DNA of 64,000 bases from Mantamonas sphyraenae STR306 (GCA_026936335.1 JAPMXV010000013.1:1-64000); one strand, 5' to 3'. Positions 1 to 12,757 are shown, counted from the first letter of the stretch. A program made the numbers and translations. Notes: generated by a model not told the origin, from the sequence alone.

Positions 1-153
1 ACCCTAACCCTAACCCTAACCCTAACCCTAACCCTAACCCTAACCCTAACCCTAACCCTAACCCTAACCCTAACCCTAACCCTAACCCTAACCCTAACCC
101 TAACCCTAACGCTAACCCTAACCCTAACCCTAACCCTAACCCACTCTAACCCT
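1..153. repeat. Telomeric repeat (CCCTAA)n = TTAGGG type, left chromosome end
   Basis: Tandem CCCTAA from 1 to ~142, with one variant unit CGCTAA at 110-115 and a degenerate unit to 153; C-rich strand at the 5' end. Confidence 0.99.
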
Positions 154-813
154 TGTCCTATTCATAATTACCGTGTGTATGATGAATTCTGGTCTATGTC
201 GTGTGAGTTGTGCTTGTGTCTGCTGGCAGAGTGACTGAGTTGGGTGGTGACATGGGGCAGTGGGCAATGGGTGGGAGTGGAAATGTCGCTTGAGAGTGGC
301 CGTCGTCTTGCAACGCCGCGCAGTCAGCACTGCCCATCCGCCTTCAACCAAAATATCACCAACACCCACAACACCTCCAACAGTCCAACACAATCCACAT
401 ATACTCCAATACCACCACCACCATCATGGACAACGACTACTCAAGCACTCCGAAGCAACAACACACACCCAACATCTACCCAGCGTGCGTTCTGCCTTCC
501 ACTCCGTTTTTCTGACAACCCGCTCCCGCTTCCTTGCCTCCTCCATGCCTCCGTCGCTTCCCTGCACTCCTCCCCTGCATCTCCACTTCCCCAGCACCAC
601 CGCTGCTGCCTTCTCCGCTCTTCTCCGATCCCCTCTCCCCTGTCACTGCCCTCCCCGTTGCCAGTTTCCCCGTCTGCCTTTCTCCTCCGTTTTCCCTCTT
701 TGCTGGTTCCAGCCTCCCTTCATCCCGCTTCTGCGGTGACGGGGTCCACACCGGCTTCCGCTCACCGTTCCCACTCCGCCCATCCCCTCCGTCTCCCCCA
801 CAGCTACGGGTTC

Positions 814-3800
814 ATGGTCCCTCCCATGGCTGCCCAGCCGTTTCCGAACATGCTGCCCGTCTCTGGCGTACAAAACCCCTACCAGCACCCACAGCCACCA
901 ATCATCTGGGTTCCTGTCAACACCCACTCCCAGCAGCACCACGCATATGCTCATCAGGGTCATCCATACTACCCCTACCCTCCTCCCCCGCCTCCTCAGC
1001 CGCGACAAACCGCCCAGATGCACTTCGCTCAGACTCCGTCGCACCGTCCGCCTGCTCAACCCACCACAAACCACAACCGCGTCCCCAAACGCATCAGCCC
1101 TGCCTTTGTCGGTATCACACAGACCACATCCACCACCACATCGTCGTCGTCCTCCTACAAGGCCACACGGCAGGCTGGAGACAGCGACGACGACGAAGCA
1201 GACCAGGACACAGCCACACATGACCCCGGCGACGTGGAGGACCTGATGTTCCTGAACTTTGGCCACCGTGTACCACGGTCAACCTCCAGCAACTCAGATT
1301 GGATGACCAGCTCATGGATGGAGGCGTACGAGGAAGACGGCGAGGCAAACGACGCAATCCAGCACGTGGAAGACGAGATGGACACTCAGGGCTCACTCAC
1401 CAATGCAAACACTGCTGATGCCATGGATGAGGAGTACATGCCGCAAGACGACAGTGACGACGACGCAGATGACATGGAGCAGGAGTACACGGACGAATGG
1501 CAGCCGAGACGCACAAGTCGAGGCCATAGACGACGTCGCAGAGGCAGCACCAGCCGACGCAATGATACACAAAAGCTGAAAGGCAGCGGACAGCGCAGGC
1601 TCAGGGTCACGGCTGGCAGTGGCACAGAGACAGGAACGTCGAGCACACGGGCAAGGAGGGGCAAGAACGGAGACAACGGCACAGGGAAGAAATCAGGCGT
1701 GAACAATACGAACAAGTTGCCAGATGGTGTTGTGCGCAAAGGGTGGACAGCTGGACACAGCGACGAGCGCAGCCGCAGCAACAAGAAGGAGCACACGGCT
1801 CTGCTGAACCACATGCACACCCTGGTCAACGAGCATCCCATCGACGACATCTCCGACCACATGACCCTGCAGGCGCGTGTTGTGGTCTGCCATGGCACCC
1901 TGAGCACGCTGGTCCGACAGATTCAGCTCGCTCTGGGCAACATTCCCCTCTCCCAGGGCGACGTGGCCCTCTGCCTCACCCTTCTCGGCCGTGACATGGA
2001 TCAGAGCGCATGCAGTACTGCCATCCGTGACGCTGGTCTGGCCATGGGTGTGACAAAGACTGGGCTGAAGGTGTTTTGGCTGGAGGAGCCACACGACCAC
2101 GGCAACCCCAACTACGCCCTCCTCCACCTGCTCATGACAGAAATGGACACTCTCGGCAACAGGCCCCACCCCACCAGCTGGAAGGAGCACAAGCAGACCC
2201 AGCTGTGGCTGCAGGAAGCACGACGCCCTGCTGACAACGACAGCGACCCACACTGGACACAATGCGACTACGACCAACACCTCACCCCAAATAAGGTGGA
2301 AACATGGCATCCGGAATCTGTGCGCAGCGGCTGGGACGGTTCCAATCACGACGAGCGTGGCAGCTGCACGGCGCGGGAGTTCCAGACGCTGCTGGCACAC
2401 ATGAAGGCACGCGCAGCCAAGCACCCTCGCCATCAGCACGCACACGAGCACCAGGCACTGCGTGAGCTGATCAACAACGGCAGCTTGATGTCCCTGGTGC
2501 GACACATCATCTTGGCGCTGGGCAACGTTGGCGTGCCGCCTGTCGACCTGGCCTTCTTTGTCCGCCTCCTCAGGCCACAACTCACCTACAAGAAGATGCA
2601 AAATGCCATCAGCCATACCCTCACCCGTGGCGTTACCTCCCTCTCCCTCAAGATCGCCTGGCTCGACAACCCCAAACCCAGCGACGCCACACTGCACACC
2701 CTCCTCCACACCCTCATCGACCGCATCACACCCCACATCAACACCCGGCCCACCACTTTCGCACTCGTCAACGCCCTCGAGATCCCAGAGCTTGTTCTCC
2801 CCGACCCCACAGAGGAGGAGAAGGCGGCGGTGGAGGATGGACTGCCAGATGGCGTTGTGCGCAGTGGCTGGACAAAGTGGCGCAAGAGCGAGCGCAGCCA
2901 CAGCAACAAGAAGGAACACACGGCACTGCTGAACCACATGCACGCCCTGGCCAACGAGCATCGCATCGACGATATCCCTGACCTCGTGATCCTGCAGGCG
3001 CGTGTTCTGGTCTGCCATGGGACCCTGAACACGCTGGTCCGACAGATTCAGCTCGCTCTGGGCAACATTCCCCTCTCCCAGAGCGACATGGCCTTCTGCC
3101 TCACCCTTCTCGGCCGTGACATGGATCAGAGCGCATGCAGTACTGCCATCCGTGACGCTGGTCTGGCCACGGGTGTGACAAAGGCTGGGTTGAAGGTGTG
3201 CTGGCTGGAGGAGCCACACGACCACGGCGAGCCCAACTACGCCCTCCTCCACCTGCTCATGGCAGAGATGGACACACTTGGCGACAGGCCCCATCCCACC
3301 ACCTGGAAGGAGCACGAGCAGACCCAGCTGTGGCTGCAGAAAGCACGACGCCCTGCTAACAACGACAGCGACCCACACTGGACACAATGCGACTACGACC
3401 ACCACCTCGCCACCACCAACGTGGAAAAGTGGCATCCTGAGCCTGTACGCAGTGGCTGGAGCAGCCGTCTCAGCGATGAGCGTGGCAGCTGCACGGCGCG
3501 GGAGTTCCAGGCGCTGCTGGCACACATGAAGGCACGCGCAGCCAAGGACCCTCGCCATCAGCACACACACGAGCACCATGCACTGCGTGAGCTGATCAAC
3601 AACGGCAGCCTGATGTCCCTGGTGCGACACATCATCCTGGCGCTGGGCAATGTTGGCGTGCCGCCCGTCGACCTGGCCTTCTTTGTCCGCCTCCTCAGGC
3701 CACAACTCACCTACCAACAGGTTTTAATCGCCATCAGCGCCACGCTCACCCGCGGCGTCACCTCCCTCTCCCTCAAGATCGCCTGGCTCGACAAACCCAA

Positions 3801-3993
3801 ACCCAGCGACGCCACACTGCACACCCTCCTCCACACCCTCATCGACCGCATCACACCCCACATCACCACCCGGCCCACCACTGTCGCACTCGTCAACGCC
3901 TACCCCATCCCCTCCTTCACCCTCCCCAAGCGCAAAGACCTCTCCTCCTCTACCTCCTCCTCCTCCCCCTCTAAACGCCAGCGCATCGAATGA
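814..3993 (+). CDS. Subtelomeric hypothetical protein with an internally duplicated unknown domain (start uncertain; the ORF is open from 244)
   Basis: Long ORF with coding-like codon bias after ~814; Pro/Gln-rich, acidic and Arg-rich (NLS-like) N-terminal part, then two 375-aa repeats and a C-terminal PSKRQR. Confidence 0.8.
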   Translation: MVPPMAAQPFPNMLPVSGVQNPYQHPQPPIIWVPVNTHSQQHHAYAHQGHPYYPYPPPPPPQPRQTAQMHFAQTPSHRPPAQPTTNHNRVPKRISPAFVGITQTTSTTTSSSSSYKATRQAGDSDDDEADQDTATHDPGDVEDLMFLNFGHRVPRSTSSNSDWMTSSWMEAYEEDGEANDAIQHVEDEMDTQGSLTNANTADAMDEEYMPQDDSDDDADDMEQEYTDEWQPRRTSRGHRRRRRGSTSRRNDTQKLKGSGQRRLRVTAGSGTETGTSSTRARRGKNGDNGTGKKSGVNNTNKLPDGVVRKGWTAGHSDERSRSNKKEHTALLNHMHTLVNEHPIDDISDHMTLQARVVVCHGTLSTLVRQIQLALGNIPLSQGDVALCLTLLGRDMDQSACSTAIRDAGLAMGVTKTGLKVFWLEEPHDHGNPNYALLHLLMTEMDTLGNRPHPTSWKEHKQTQLWLQEARRPADNDSDPHWTQCDYDQHLTPNKVETWHPESVRSGWDGSNHDERGSCTAREFQTLLAHMKARAAKHPRHQHAHEHQALRELINNGSLMSLVRHIILALGNVGVPPVDLAFFVRLLRPQLTYKKMQNAISHTLTRGVTSLSLKIAWLDNPKPSDATLHTLLHTLIDRITPHINTRPTTFALVNALEIPELVLPDPTEEEKAAVEDGLPDGVVRSGWTKWRKSERSHSNKKEHTALLNHMHALANEHRIDDIPDLVILQARVLVCHGTLNTLVRQIQLALGNIPLSQSDMAFCLTLLGRDMDQSACSTAIRDAGLATGVTKAGLKVCWLEEPHDHGEPNYALLHLLMAEMDTLGDRPHPTTWKEHEQTQLWLQKARRPANNDSDPHWTQCDYDHHLATTNVEKWHPEPVRSGWSSRLSDERGSCTAREFQALLAHMKARAAKDPRHQHTHEHHALRELINNGSLMSLVRHIILALGNVGVPPVDLAFFVRLLRPQLTYQQVLIAISATLTRGVTSLSLKIAWLDKPKPSDATLHTLLHTLIDRITPHITTRPTTVALVNAYPIPSFTLPKRKDLSSSTSSSSPSKRQRIE
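1717..3900 (+). repeat. Intragenic tandem duplication with a 1125-nt period (1717-2775 vs 2842-3900)
   Basis: LPDGVVRKGW...TRPTTFALVNA recurs as LPDGVVRSGW...TRPTTVALVNA at exactly +1125 nt with high nucleotide identity. Confidence 0.97.
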
Positions 3994-4187
3994 ACCCCTT
4001 CATTCCCACACCCTCCCCTCTCACCCACCCTCATCCACCCCATCCGGCCCAGTGAAACGTGGATTCCCTCTGGTTTTCCTTGCGAATCTTCCACCACCTT
4101 CCAGCACACTCTCCGCGGACCTTTTACTCCTCACACCAAAATGCAAACGTGCACCCGCCCCCCACGCCAACACAACCCATTCCCATC

Positions 4188-5399
4188 ATGTTCACACGCC
4201 ACCTGCGTGCTTCATCACCGGCCACATCCCGGCTCACACCCGACGTAATTGAGATCATCAAAGCCACGGCTCCCGTCGTCGCTCCGGCCGCCTCGGAAAT
4301 CACACGCACGTTCTACCCTCTCATGTTCCAAAACAACCCCGAGGTTGCGCAGTTTTTCAACGCGTCAAACCAGCGCAAAGGTCGGCAGCCGCAGGCGCTC
4401 GCCGACGCAGTCGTCGGCTACGCCTCCAACATCGAAAACCTCTCCGTCCTTGGCCCTGCAGTCTCTCGTATGGTTGAAAAGCACTGTGCACTCAACGTGC
4501 ATGCCGAGCACTACGGCGTCGTGCACGAAAACCTCATGAAAGCCATCGGCCAGGTTCTCGGCGACGTCGTCACTCCCGAAATTGCCCACGCCTGGTCCGA
4601 GAGTGTCCTCGAGCTCGCCGATCTCCTCATTGCCGCCGAAAAGGCTCGCTACGATGAGGTGGCTGCCGCCCCTGGTGGATGGCGCGGCTCGAAAAACTTT
4701 GTCGTGTCTTCCGTCCAAGAGACCGCCGCCAACATCGTCAGCGTCCACTTCCGCCCTTCCGATGACTCTCCCCTGCCCACCTTTGCCAAGCCTGGCCAGT
4801 ATGTCAGCGTGGCTGCCAACCCCACCACCGAAAAGTGGATGGCGCCCCGCCACTACACCATCACGGGCATGGACCCTGAGCGCGGCATCCGCATCACCGT
4901 CCGCAAGCATCAAGCACATCAAGACACCCCTGCCGGTGTCATGAGCTCATACATCCACTCCTTGAAGGAGGGCGACCTCGTTCCGCTCAACCCTCCATTC
5001 GGCGCCGCCGTCTACGATCCGACTCTCGGCACAAAGGATGTCTTTGTCTCTGCCGGCATTGGCATCACCCCCACGCTTTCCATGCTCCCCGCTGCCATCA
5101 GTGCCGGCCGCGACGTGGCAGTCATCCACGGCTGCGAATCTCCATCACATTTTCCCCACCGTGACGAGATCGAAAGCTCTGGAGTCCCTCTCACCGTTGC
5201 CTACCCCGAGTCTGGTGACGAACCTCTCTCTGCAGACGATGTTGTTGCGCACATCGCAGATGCCGACCAGCAGACGACTCAAATCTACCTCACGGGCCCC
5301 GTCTCCTTTGTCACCTCGGTCCACCACGGCCTCGTCGACCTCAATATTCCCTCTGAAAACATCCACCACGAGACATTTGGTCCACACATCTCCCTGTAA
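4188..5399 (+). CDS. hmp: Flavohemoglobin (NO dioxygenase), possible mitochondrial presequence
   Basis: Globin domain (IIKATAP, FYPLMF, QPQALA, KHCAL, HYGVVHENLM), FAD domain (PGQYVSV, PRHYTIT, GVMSSYIH), NAD domain (SAGIGITP, HETFGP). Confidence 0.95.
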   Translation: MFTRHLRASSPATSRLTPDVIEIIKATAPVVAPAASEITRTFYPLMFQNNPEVAQFFNASNQRKGRQPQALADAVVGYASNIENLSVLGPAVSRMVEKHCALNVHAEHYGVVHENLMKAIGQVLGDVVTPEIAHAWSESVLELADLLIAAEKARYDEVAAAPGGWRGSKNFVVSSVQETAANIVSVHFRPSDDSPLPTFAKPGQYVSVAANPTTEKWMAPRHYTITGMDPERGIRITVRKHQAHQDTPAGVMSSYIHSLKEGDLVPLNPPFGAAVYDPTLGTKDVFVSAGIGITPTLSMLPAAISAGRDVAVIHGCESPSHFPHRDEIESSGVPLTVAYPESGDEPLSADDVVAHIADADQQTTQIYLTGPVSFVTSVHHGLVDLNIPSENIHHETFGPHISL

Positions 5400-5462
5400 C
5401 CAACCCCAAATGAACAGAACGCCCTCGCCACCACTCCTCCAACCCAAATCCTCCTCCCTCCA

Positions 5463-7888
5463 ATGCACTCCTCCACAACCTACACCCAACTCGCCACAGA
5501 CACACATGCAGACCCACAGCACGACATCGTCTCTTCCGTCGACCTCTTCCGCGCCCGCCGCGATCACCTTCAACGCCGCCGCCGCCTCTCTGCCCTCAGT
5601 GCACAGGGAAACTGGCTCACCAAGCTCTATGTTCTCTTTGACGCAGGCTCCGCATGGATCATCGTCTTTCTAATCGGAGCCGCCACTGCCATCAACGCGG
5701 GCATCATCGACATTGGCGTCCGCTGGCTCTCCGACATCCGCACTGGCTACTGCGACGGCCGCTTCTACCTCTCCAAGGAAATTTGCTGCCGCAACGCAGA
5801 CGTCGACTTTGTCGCACACTCCTGTGCACGTTGGATTCCCTGGGGCGCCGGCAACTACGCTGTCCAGTTTCTCATTTACGTCCTCCTCTCTGTCCTCTTT
5901 GCCATGCTTGCCGCCTTTCTAGTCCGTGTCTACGCCCCGTTTGCTGCCGGCAGCGGTCTCCCTGAATGCAAAGTCCTCACCGCCGGCTGGAACCTGCACG
6001 GGTAAGCACGTGATCCTCCTCCCCGCCCCTTTCCCTCCCCAAGCCCCTCAACCCCTCCCACCACCCCCCCTCCCAACCCTCACACCTCCCCACCACCCCT
6101 TTCACCCCACCACTCACCATCCCACCACCCCTCCCCTCCCGCAACTCCAGCTTTCTGGGCCTCTGGACCCTTCTCATCAAATCCATCGGCCTCATGCTCT
6201 CCGTCGGCAGCGGCCTCTCGTTAGGAAAAGAAGGACCCCTCGTCCACATTGCCGCTGCATTTGCCAACGTATTCACACGCATCCCCGCCTTCCACAAGTT
6301 CCTCAACCCGGACAAACGCCGCGAACTCCTCTCCGCTGCCGCCGCCGCTGGAGTCGCTGCCGCCTTTGGCGCCCCTGTCGGCGGCATTGCCTTTGTCATG
6401 GACGAAGTCGCCTCCTACTTTCCCAAAAAGACCATGTTCCGCGCATTCTTTGCCGCATGTGCCTCTGTCCTTGTCCAGCGCCTCGTTTCCTCCGGCTCGA
6501 CAATCCTCTTCCAGGTCAACTACCACAGCCCTTGGCGCTGGTTCGAGCTCCCTGTCTTTCTCCTCCTCGGTGCCCTCGGTGGCGCCCTCGGCGCTCTCTT
6601 CATCAAGGCCAATGCCGCCTGGTGCTCTGTCCGCACCCGCACGCGCCTTGGAAGTCACCCTGTCCTCGACGTCCTTGCCGTCGCCACCGCCACCGCCATC
6701 CTCAACTTTGTCAACCCGTTCACACGCAACATGAGCACCTCTGAACTCATTGCCGCCCTCTTTCGCGAATGCGACCCTCGCATCAACGCCGAGCTCTGCA
6801 GTTCCTCCGACATGGCGAACATCGCCCTCCTCCTCCTCCTTGCCGCCTTTGCCCGTTTCGTCCTCACCATCGTCACCTTTGGCCTCCGTGTCCCTGCAGG
6901 CCTGTTTGTCCCGTCCCTTGCCATTGGTGCATGCATCGGCCGCGTCGTTGGCCTCCTCATGGACTTTCTCACCCTCAACAATCCCGACGCCCCGTACTTT
7001 GCCGAATGCGACAACACCTCCGCTTGCGTCACTCCGGGCATCTATGCCCTAATCGGCGCCGCTGCCATGCTCGGCGGCGTCACACGCATGACCATCTCTC
7101 TCGTCATCATCATTGTCGAGCTCACAGGCAACATCGACAACGTCGCTCCCGTCATGTTTGCCATCATGACCAGCAAGTGGGTTGCCGACTTTGTCGGCGG
7201 TCCAGAGGGCATCTACGACGTCCACATCCGCCTCAAGCGCTACAGCTATCTCGACAACAAGGAACTCGACGTCCTCGACGAGGCCTACGACTGCCACGCA
7301 CGCGACCTCATGTCTGACCACAACCTCCAGGTCATCGAGAGCCACTCCAACACCGTCGCCTCCCTCCACAAGCTCCTCCGCGCCTGCTCTTTCAAGGGTG
7401 TTCCCGTCGTAAACTCCTTCACCGACATGGCCGTCGTCGGCTACGTCCGCGTCGACGAGCTCCGCACCTTTCTCCTCGACCACACCGCCGCCGGCAACTC
7501 CCGCGACACTCCAGTCACCTTTGACCACCATGAGCCCTCCAGCCCCTCCTCCTCATCCTCCTCATCCTCCAACCCAACCTCGCCTTCCCTCGACGCCAGC
7601 CACCTCCTCGACCGCCAGCCCATCTGCCTCGACCCCAGTCTCCCCGTCGAACGCCTCTACGACATGTTTGTCAAGCTCGGTCTCCAGTATGTCCTCATCA
7701 CACGTGTCGGCAAGCTCAAGGGCATCGTCACAAAAAAGGATCTTCTCCGCTGGGTCGACACCTACTCCAAACACAAGCAAGAATCCTACCACAGCGACAT
7801 TGGCTTCCTCTACTTTCTCTGGACCTCCATCCCATCTCTCACCGCCGCTTCCGAAGTCGACGATGACAACGACACGAAAACGCAATGA
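5463..7888 (+). CDS. CLC voltage-gated chloride channel / Cl-H+ exchanger (ClC-3/Gef1-like); intron 6002-6150
   Basis: GSGLPE, GKEGP and GLFVP motifs, two C-terminal CBS domains; the GT-AG intron joins the two ORFs in frame (HG|FLGLWTLLIK). Confidence 0.95.
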
Positions 7889-7942
7889 ACAATCCACCCA
7901 CCCGCGCGACACCACCCAAACACCCACCACCCTCCACCACCC

Positions 7943-9840
7943 ATGTCCACCGCTCCTCTCTCCTGGGCCCACAAGAAGCTCAAGGGCACCGTCGACGTTG
8001 ACCTCGACGCAACCACGGGTCTCGACCTCAAGAATCTCCTCCTTCCGTCTTTGCCCGACGACCTCACCCTCGACACCATCAAACTTCTCTGCGGCGGCCG
8101 GTGAGCGACCCCTGGCCCCTTCCCCTTCCCCACTCCACCCTCAATTCCCCTCCCACTCACGCACCATCCAACCCCCCAACCCCACACCCCCCCAACCCCG
8201 TTTCCGCCTTGAATTCCCTTTCCAGCATCCTCAAGGACTCCCCCACCCTCTCTGCACAAAAGGTCACCCCGACCAAAACCATCAAGGTCATGAAAACAGC
8301 CTCCAAGGCCTCCAAGGCCTCCACCAAGCAAGAGCAAGCCTCCCACGAGGCCCTTGCCCGCGTCTTTGAGGCAGCACAAGAACTCGCCAATCGCCACGAC
8401 GACGGAGGCGAACTCGACCAGCGCCAATTCCTCGAGCTCCAAGACGCAAACACAGGCCGCACCATCACCCTCCCGGAAGACGACAACCGCGCCCTCGTCC
8501 TCGGCCTCACTCTTCAGGAAAAGGGCAAACGATACCTCGACGACAACCAACTCGACATAGCCCTCGAGTTCTTCACAAAGGCCGAGCAAGCCTTTCTCCA
8601 ATGCGACCCCCAGTACTCCATGATGACCGACAACTACGGCTGCCTCTGCCTCGACATCTGCTGGCTCTACATGAAGCTTGGCGATCCGTCCTTCCTCGAC
8701 CAGGCCCAGGCCAAGCTCGATCTCGTCGTAGACAACTTTTCCAATGTCCACGGCCCCAACCTCGAGCGTCTCGTAAATCTCCGCGGCGGTTTCTGCCCAG
8801 AGATGGCCCTCTATGTGCGCCTTCACCTCCTCCAGGGCGCACTCGCCTGGTTCCGCGGCGACGCCACATCTGCACGCATGTTCTTCAACCTCACCCAGCA
8901 GGAACTCGCCTCCCTCCAACTCGACGACGACAAGCTCCTCCAGCTGTACAACATGGGCTTCTCCGAAACAGAGGCCCGCCGCGCTCTCCGCGCGACCAGC
9001 AACAACGTCGACAACGCCGCCACCTTTGCCCTCCAGAAGCGCGAACAGGAAGCCCAGCACCGCCGCCAACAGCGCGAACGCATCCAGAAGCGTAAGCAAC
9101 AACTCCGCCTCGGCAAAACCTCAAACGGTAGCCTGGTCGACCTCGACCTCCTCTACCAAATCAACTCCATGGGTTTCGACTACGACCTCGCCGCAGAGGC
9201 CCTCAAGCAGACCGACAACGACCTCGACGCAAGCATCAACCTCGTTGCCTCCCAGCCAGATGTCCTCCTTGCCGCCATGAACGATACCAGCCTCAGCAAC
9301 AGCGACGACACCGCCGACGAAGAATCCACTCCCGAGCAGGACTACATCCAGCACATGACCGACGGAGTCAACGAAGGCCACCTGGCCACCCTCGCCGACA
9401 TGGGTTTTGACCCAGAAGCCGCCCACCGGGCACTCCAGGCCACCCAGGGCGACCTCGATGCTGCCTCTGCGCTCCTTTCCGAAAAGCCAGACTTTGCCGC
9501 GGGCCTCTCCACCATGATGTCCTCCTTTGCCCAGCAGTACCCCACAGCCTCCGACGACCAGGCAGAGCCCCCGTCCACACCAAACATCGACATCGACGAC
9601 ATCATGGAAGGCCTCCAGGAAGCAAACACCCTTGCCGGCATGACCCCTGAGCAGCGTGCAGAGCAAGAACGTCGCCAGCAGCTCGACGACGTCATCGAAA
9701 ACGAACTCCTCGACGATCTCGACGACGACGCCGACGCCTACCTTGATCTCGACCTTCAAGACGAAACAAAAATGCTGAACGACTTTCTCGACAAGCTTGC
9801 CGCTCACGAAGCCGAGGCCGAACAACAGCATTCGACATGA
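7943..9840 (+). CDS. NUB1: NEDD8 ultimate buster 1-like protein (UBL + UBA domains); intron 8101-8225
   Basis: Ubiquitin-like KLLCGGR|ILKD, conserved DNYGCLCLDICWLY and LYVRLHLLQG, three UBA (MGF) motifs. Confidence 0.9.
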
Positions 9841-9858
9841 CGCTCTTCCATTCAGCAT

Positions 9859-12757
9859 TCAGCAATACATGTCCCCTTGCATCAATTCCAACACCGTCTC
9901 CGCATGCCGGAACCGCGCGGCCAGCATCAACGCACTCTGCCCGCGCGTGTTCAGGCACCATCGATCCACACCCGCTCGCAGCAGGATGCTCACGCTGTCC
10001 ACTTGACCTCGGTGTGAACTGCTCAACAACGCAGTCGACCCGTGGTAGTTGCACGCCTCCAGATTGGCGCCAAACTCAATCAGTGCCTGCAGACACTCCC
10101 AGTGGCCCTTGGCCGCGCACCGGATCACAGGGGTGTTCTGCTGCGAGTCCACAGAGTTCACGTCCACCTGTCCGTCCTCCAGAAGGATGCGCACAACCTC
10201 GGTCGTGCCACTCTGAGCCGCAAACAGCAGCGCGTTGATCCCCACCACTGTGCACACCCCGGGATCCGCTCCATGCTCCAACAGCAGCCGCAGCGACTCT
10301 GGTTGGCCCTCGTGCGCAGCCATGATCACAGGCGTGACTCCTTGGTTGTTGGCAAAATTCACGTCCGCACCAAACTTGATCAGCACCGATTGCACACGTG
10401 GAAACTTTGTGCACACCAGCAGCGGCGACGCGCTGCTCGTCACCTCGTTCATGCGCAAGCCATGCTTGGCCACGTGATTTGTGTCAGCTCCTCGTTCCAG
10501 CAGACGCATCACGCTCCCTACCTCCCCGTGCCCGGCCGCTGAAAACAATGGCGTGTGCCCGTTGTTGTCCGTGTCCTCCACACTCAAGCCCCACTCCATC
10601 AACAGATCCAACACCTCCTCCTGCCCGTGCGCCGCAGCTGTAAACAGGTACGTGTCGCCGTTTGTGCCCCGATGGTCCACCGCTGCCCCGGCCTCCTTCA
10701 GCACGTGCATCACGTCCACGTGCCCCTGCGACACTGCGTAGCTCATCGGCGTGTATGCGTTGCCGTCTCGCACGTCCACCTCTTCCAGCCCGTCTTCCAG
10801 CAGCCGTTTCACCACTGCCAGATTCCCGTGGTTCGTCGCCTGATGGATTGCATGCACCCCGGTCGCCTTGGCCATACGCACGTCAATGCCCCAATCGATC
10901 AGCGACAGCGCCGTCTCTGTGTGTCCGCTCTTGCATGCCTTGTGCAGCGCGTTCGACTGGTTCCCGTTTGCGTGATTGATGTTTGCCCCTGCTCGCAGGC
11001 ACAGCTCAATCACCTTCGTACACCCTTCCATCGCCGCCAGCAGAAGCGCCGTGTTGCCCGCATAATCCTCTGCGTTGACGTTTGCCCCTGCGTCCAACAG
11101 CAACTCCACAACCTCGTCCCGCCCATAGTACGCCGCCGCCTGGATCGCCGTGAATCCGTTGTTGTCCCGTGCCTCCAAGTCCGCATTTGCCTCCAGCAGC
11201 AGCCGCACAACCTCCACATGGCCCGACGCTGCCGCAAACCGCAGCGGCGACGATCCACTCGTCCGCACCGTATCCACGTGTGCTCCATGCGCCAACAGCA
11301 CTCGCACGCACTCTGTGTGGCCCTTCCCTGCCGCCTTCAGCAACGCCGTCGCCCCGCTTCGGTTTACCTGCCGCACGTTCGCTCCGGCTTCCAGCAGGTA
11401 CGCCACAACCTCGCTGAACCCTCCGTCCGCCGCCATGTGCAGTGCAGTCCAGCCTTTGTCGTCCGACTGGTTCAGGATCCGCCGCTCCACTTTGTCCGCT
11501 TTGCCCTGCTCCACAAACACTTTGCACATCTCCAGATGCCCGTGCTTGGCCGCCGTCATCAACGGCGTCCGTCCGCACGCTTCCTCATTGCTCCCGGAAG
11601 ACGACGACGACGCCCCGTGCGCGTTCTCCGGCGACACGGGAATGTCGTACCGCGCCCCAAACTCCAGAAGCAGTCGCACAATGCCCACGTACCCGTGCCG
11701 CACCGCCGTGTGCAAGGCACTGATTCCATTCTCGTCCACCGAGTCGATCATTTCGGTCGTGTGCTCCAGCAGCATCCGCACAATGGCCCCGTTCCCCTGC
11801 CGACACGCAAACATCAGCGCTGTTGCGCTGTTGCCCTTTGTCAAATACATGTTCGCCCCTTTGCTCAGCAGGTACTCCACCACGCGTGTGTGATTCTGCG
11901 ACGCAGCCTTCATCAGCGGCGTTGATCCCGACGACGTGCTCGCATCCACATTTGCCCCGGCCTCAACCAGGTACTTCACGCACGCCAGATGGTTGTTCAC
12001 CGCAGCGCTTAGCAACGGCGTCCACTCGCACTCGTCTCTGTGGTTCACCTTGGCTCCGCGCTCCAGCAGCACCTTGAGCACCTCTGCGTTGCCCACCCGA
12101 GCCGCTTCGGCCAGCGGAGACACTCCGTTCGGCTTGCACATGTTCACCATCTCGGGCTTCCAGTCCAACAGCACCTCCACCGTACGCACATGCCCATTCT
12201 TGCATGCCTTGGTCAGTGCCGTCGACCCTGTCGTTGTCTGGCACGTCCCGCTGAAACCGGCCTCGAGCAGGAGCCGCACCACCTCGCTGTGCCCATTCTG
12301 TGCCGCAAACAACACCGCGTTGCTCCCGTGCCGCCCCAATTCCTGCGCCCCGTGGTCCAGCAGCAGTTGCACCATCATACGATGACCTGGATGTCCACAC
12401 GCGAGCCCTCCCCACGTGTCAGTGCATCCATACGGAAAAGAGCAACTCTGGCCACAAACGCATCTCGAAGAAACGATTCAACGCCCGCCCATATCCACTC
12501 GCCCCCCGTGCTCCCAAGCTCCCCAACCGCCACCTTGCACACACAATCAAACATGCTTGACCTCCTCAAATCTCCATTCGTGCTCTTGCCCACCCTCCTG
12601 CCCCCTTACCTTGCATACTCGCCAGGTGAAGCGCTGTAAACTCTTTGGCGTCCCGCGCATTCACCAATTCGCCGTCTCCTTTGTCCCTCGCCTCCTCCAA
12701 CAGTTTGTGTGCATCGCCCAGCCGATTGTGCTTGGCTGCATGAAACAACGTCACCAT
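9859..12757 (-). CDS. Ankyrin-repeat protein (~25 repeats); intron 12387-12609
   Basis: Serial G-x-T-P/A-L-H/M-x-A-A-x-x-G-H repeats; splicing gives FTALHLASMQG|HRMMVQLLLDHGA. Confidence 0.93.

Noticed and set aside
244-3993. Telomere-specific retrotransposon or Y'-like helicase
   Set aside because: No RT (YxDD), endonuclease, gag zinc knuckle or Walker motifs are visible
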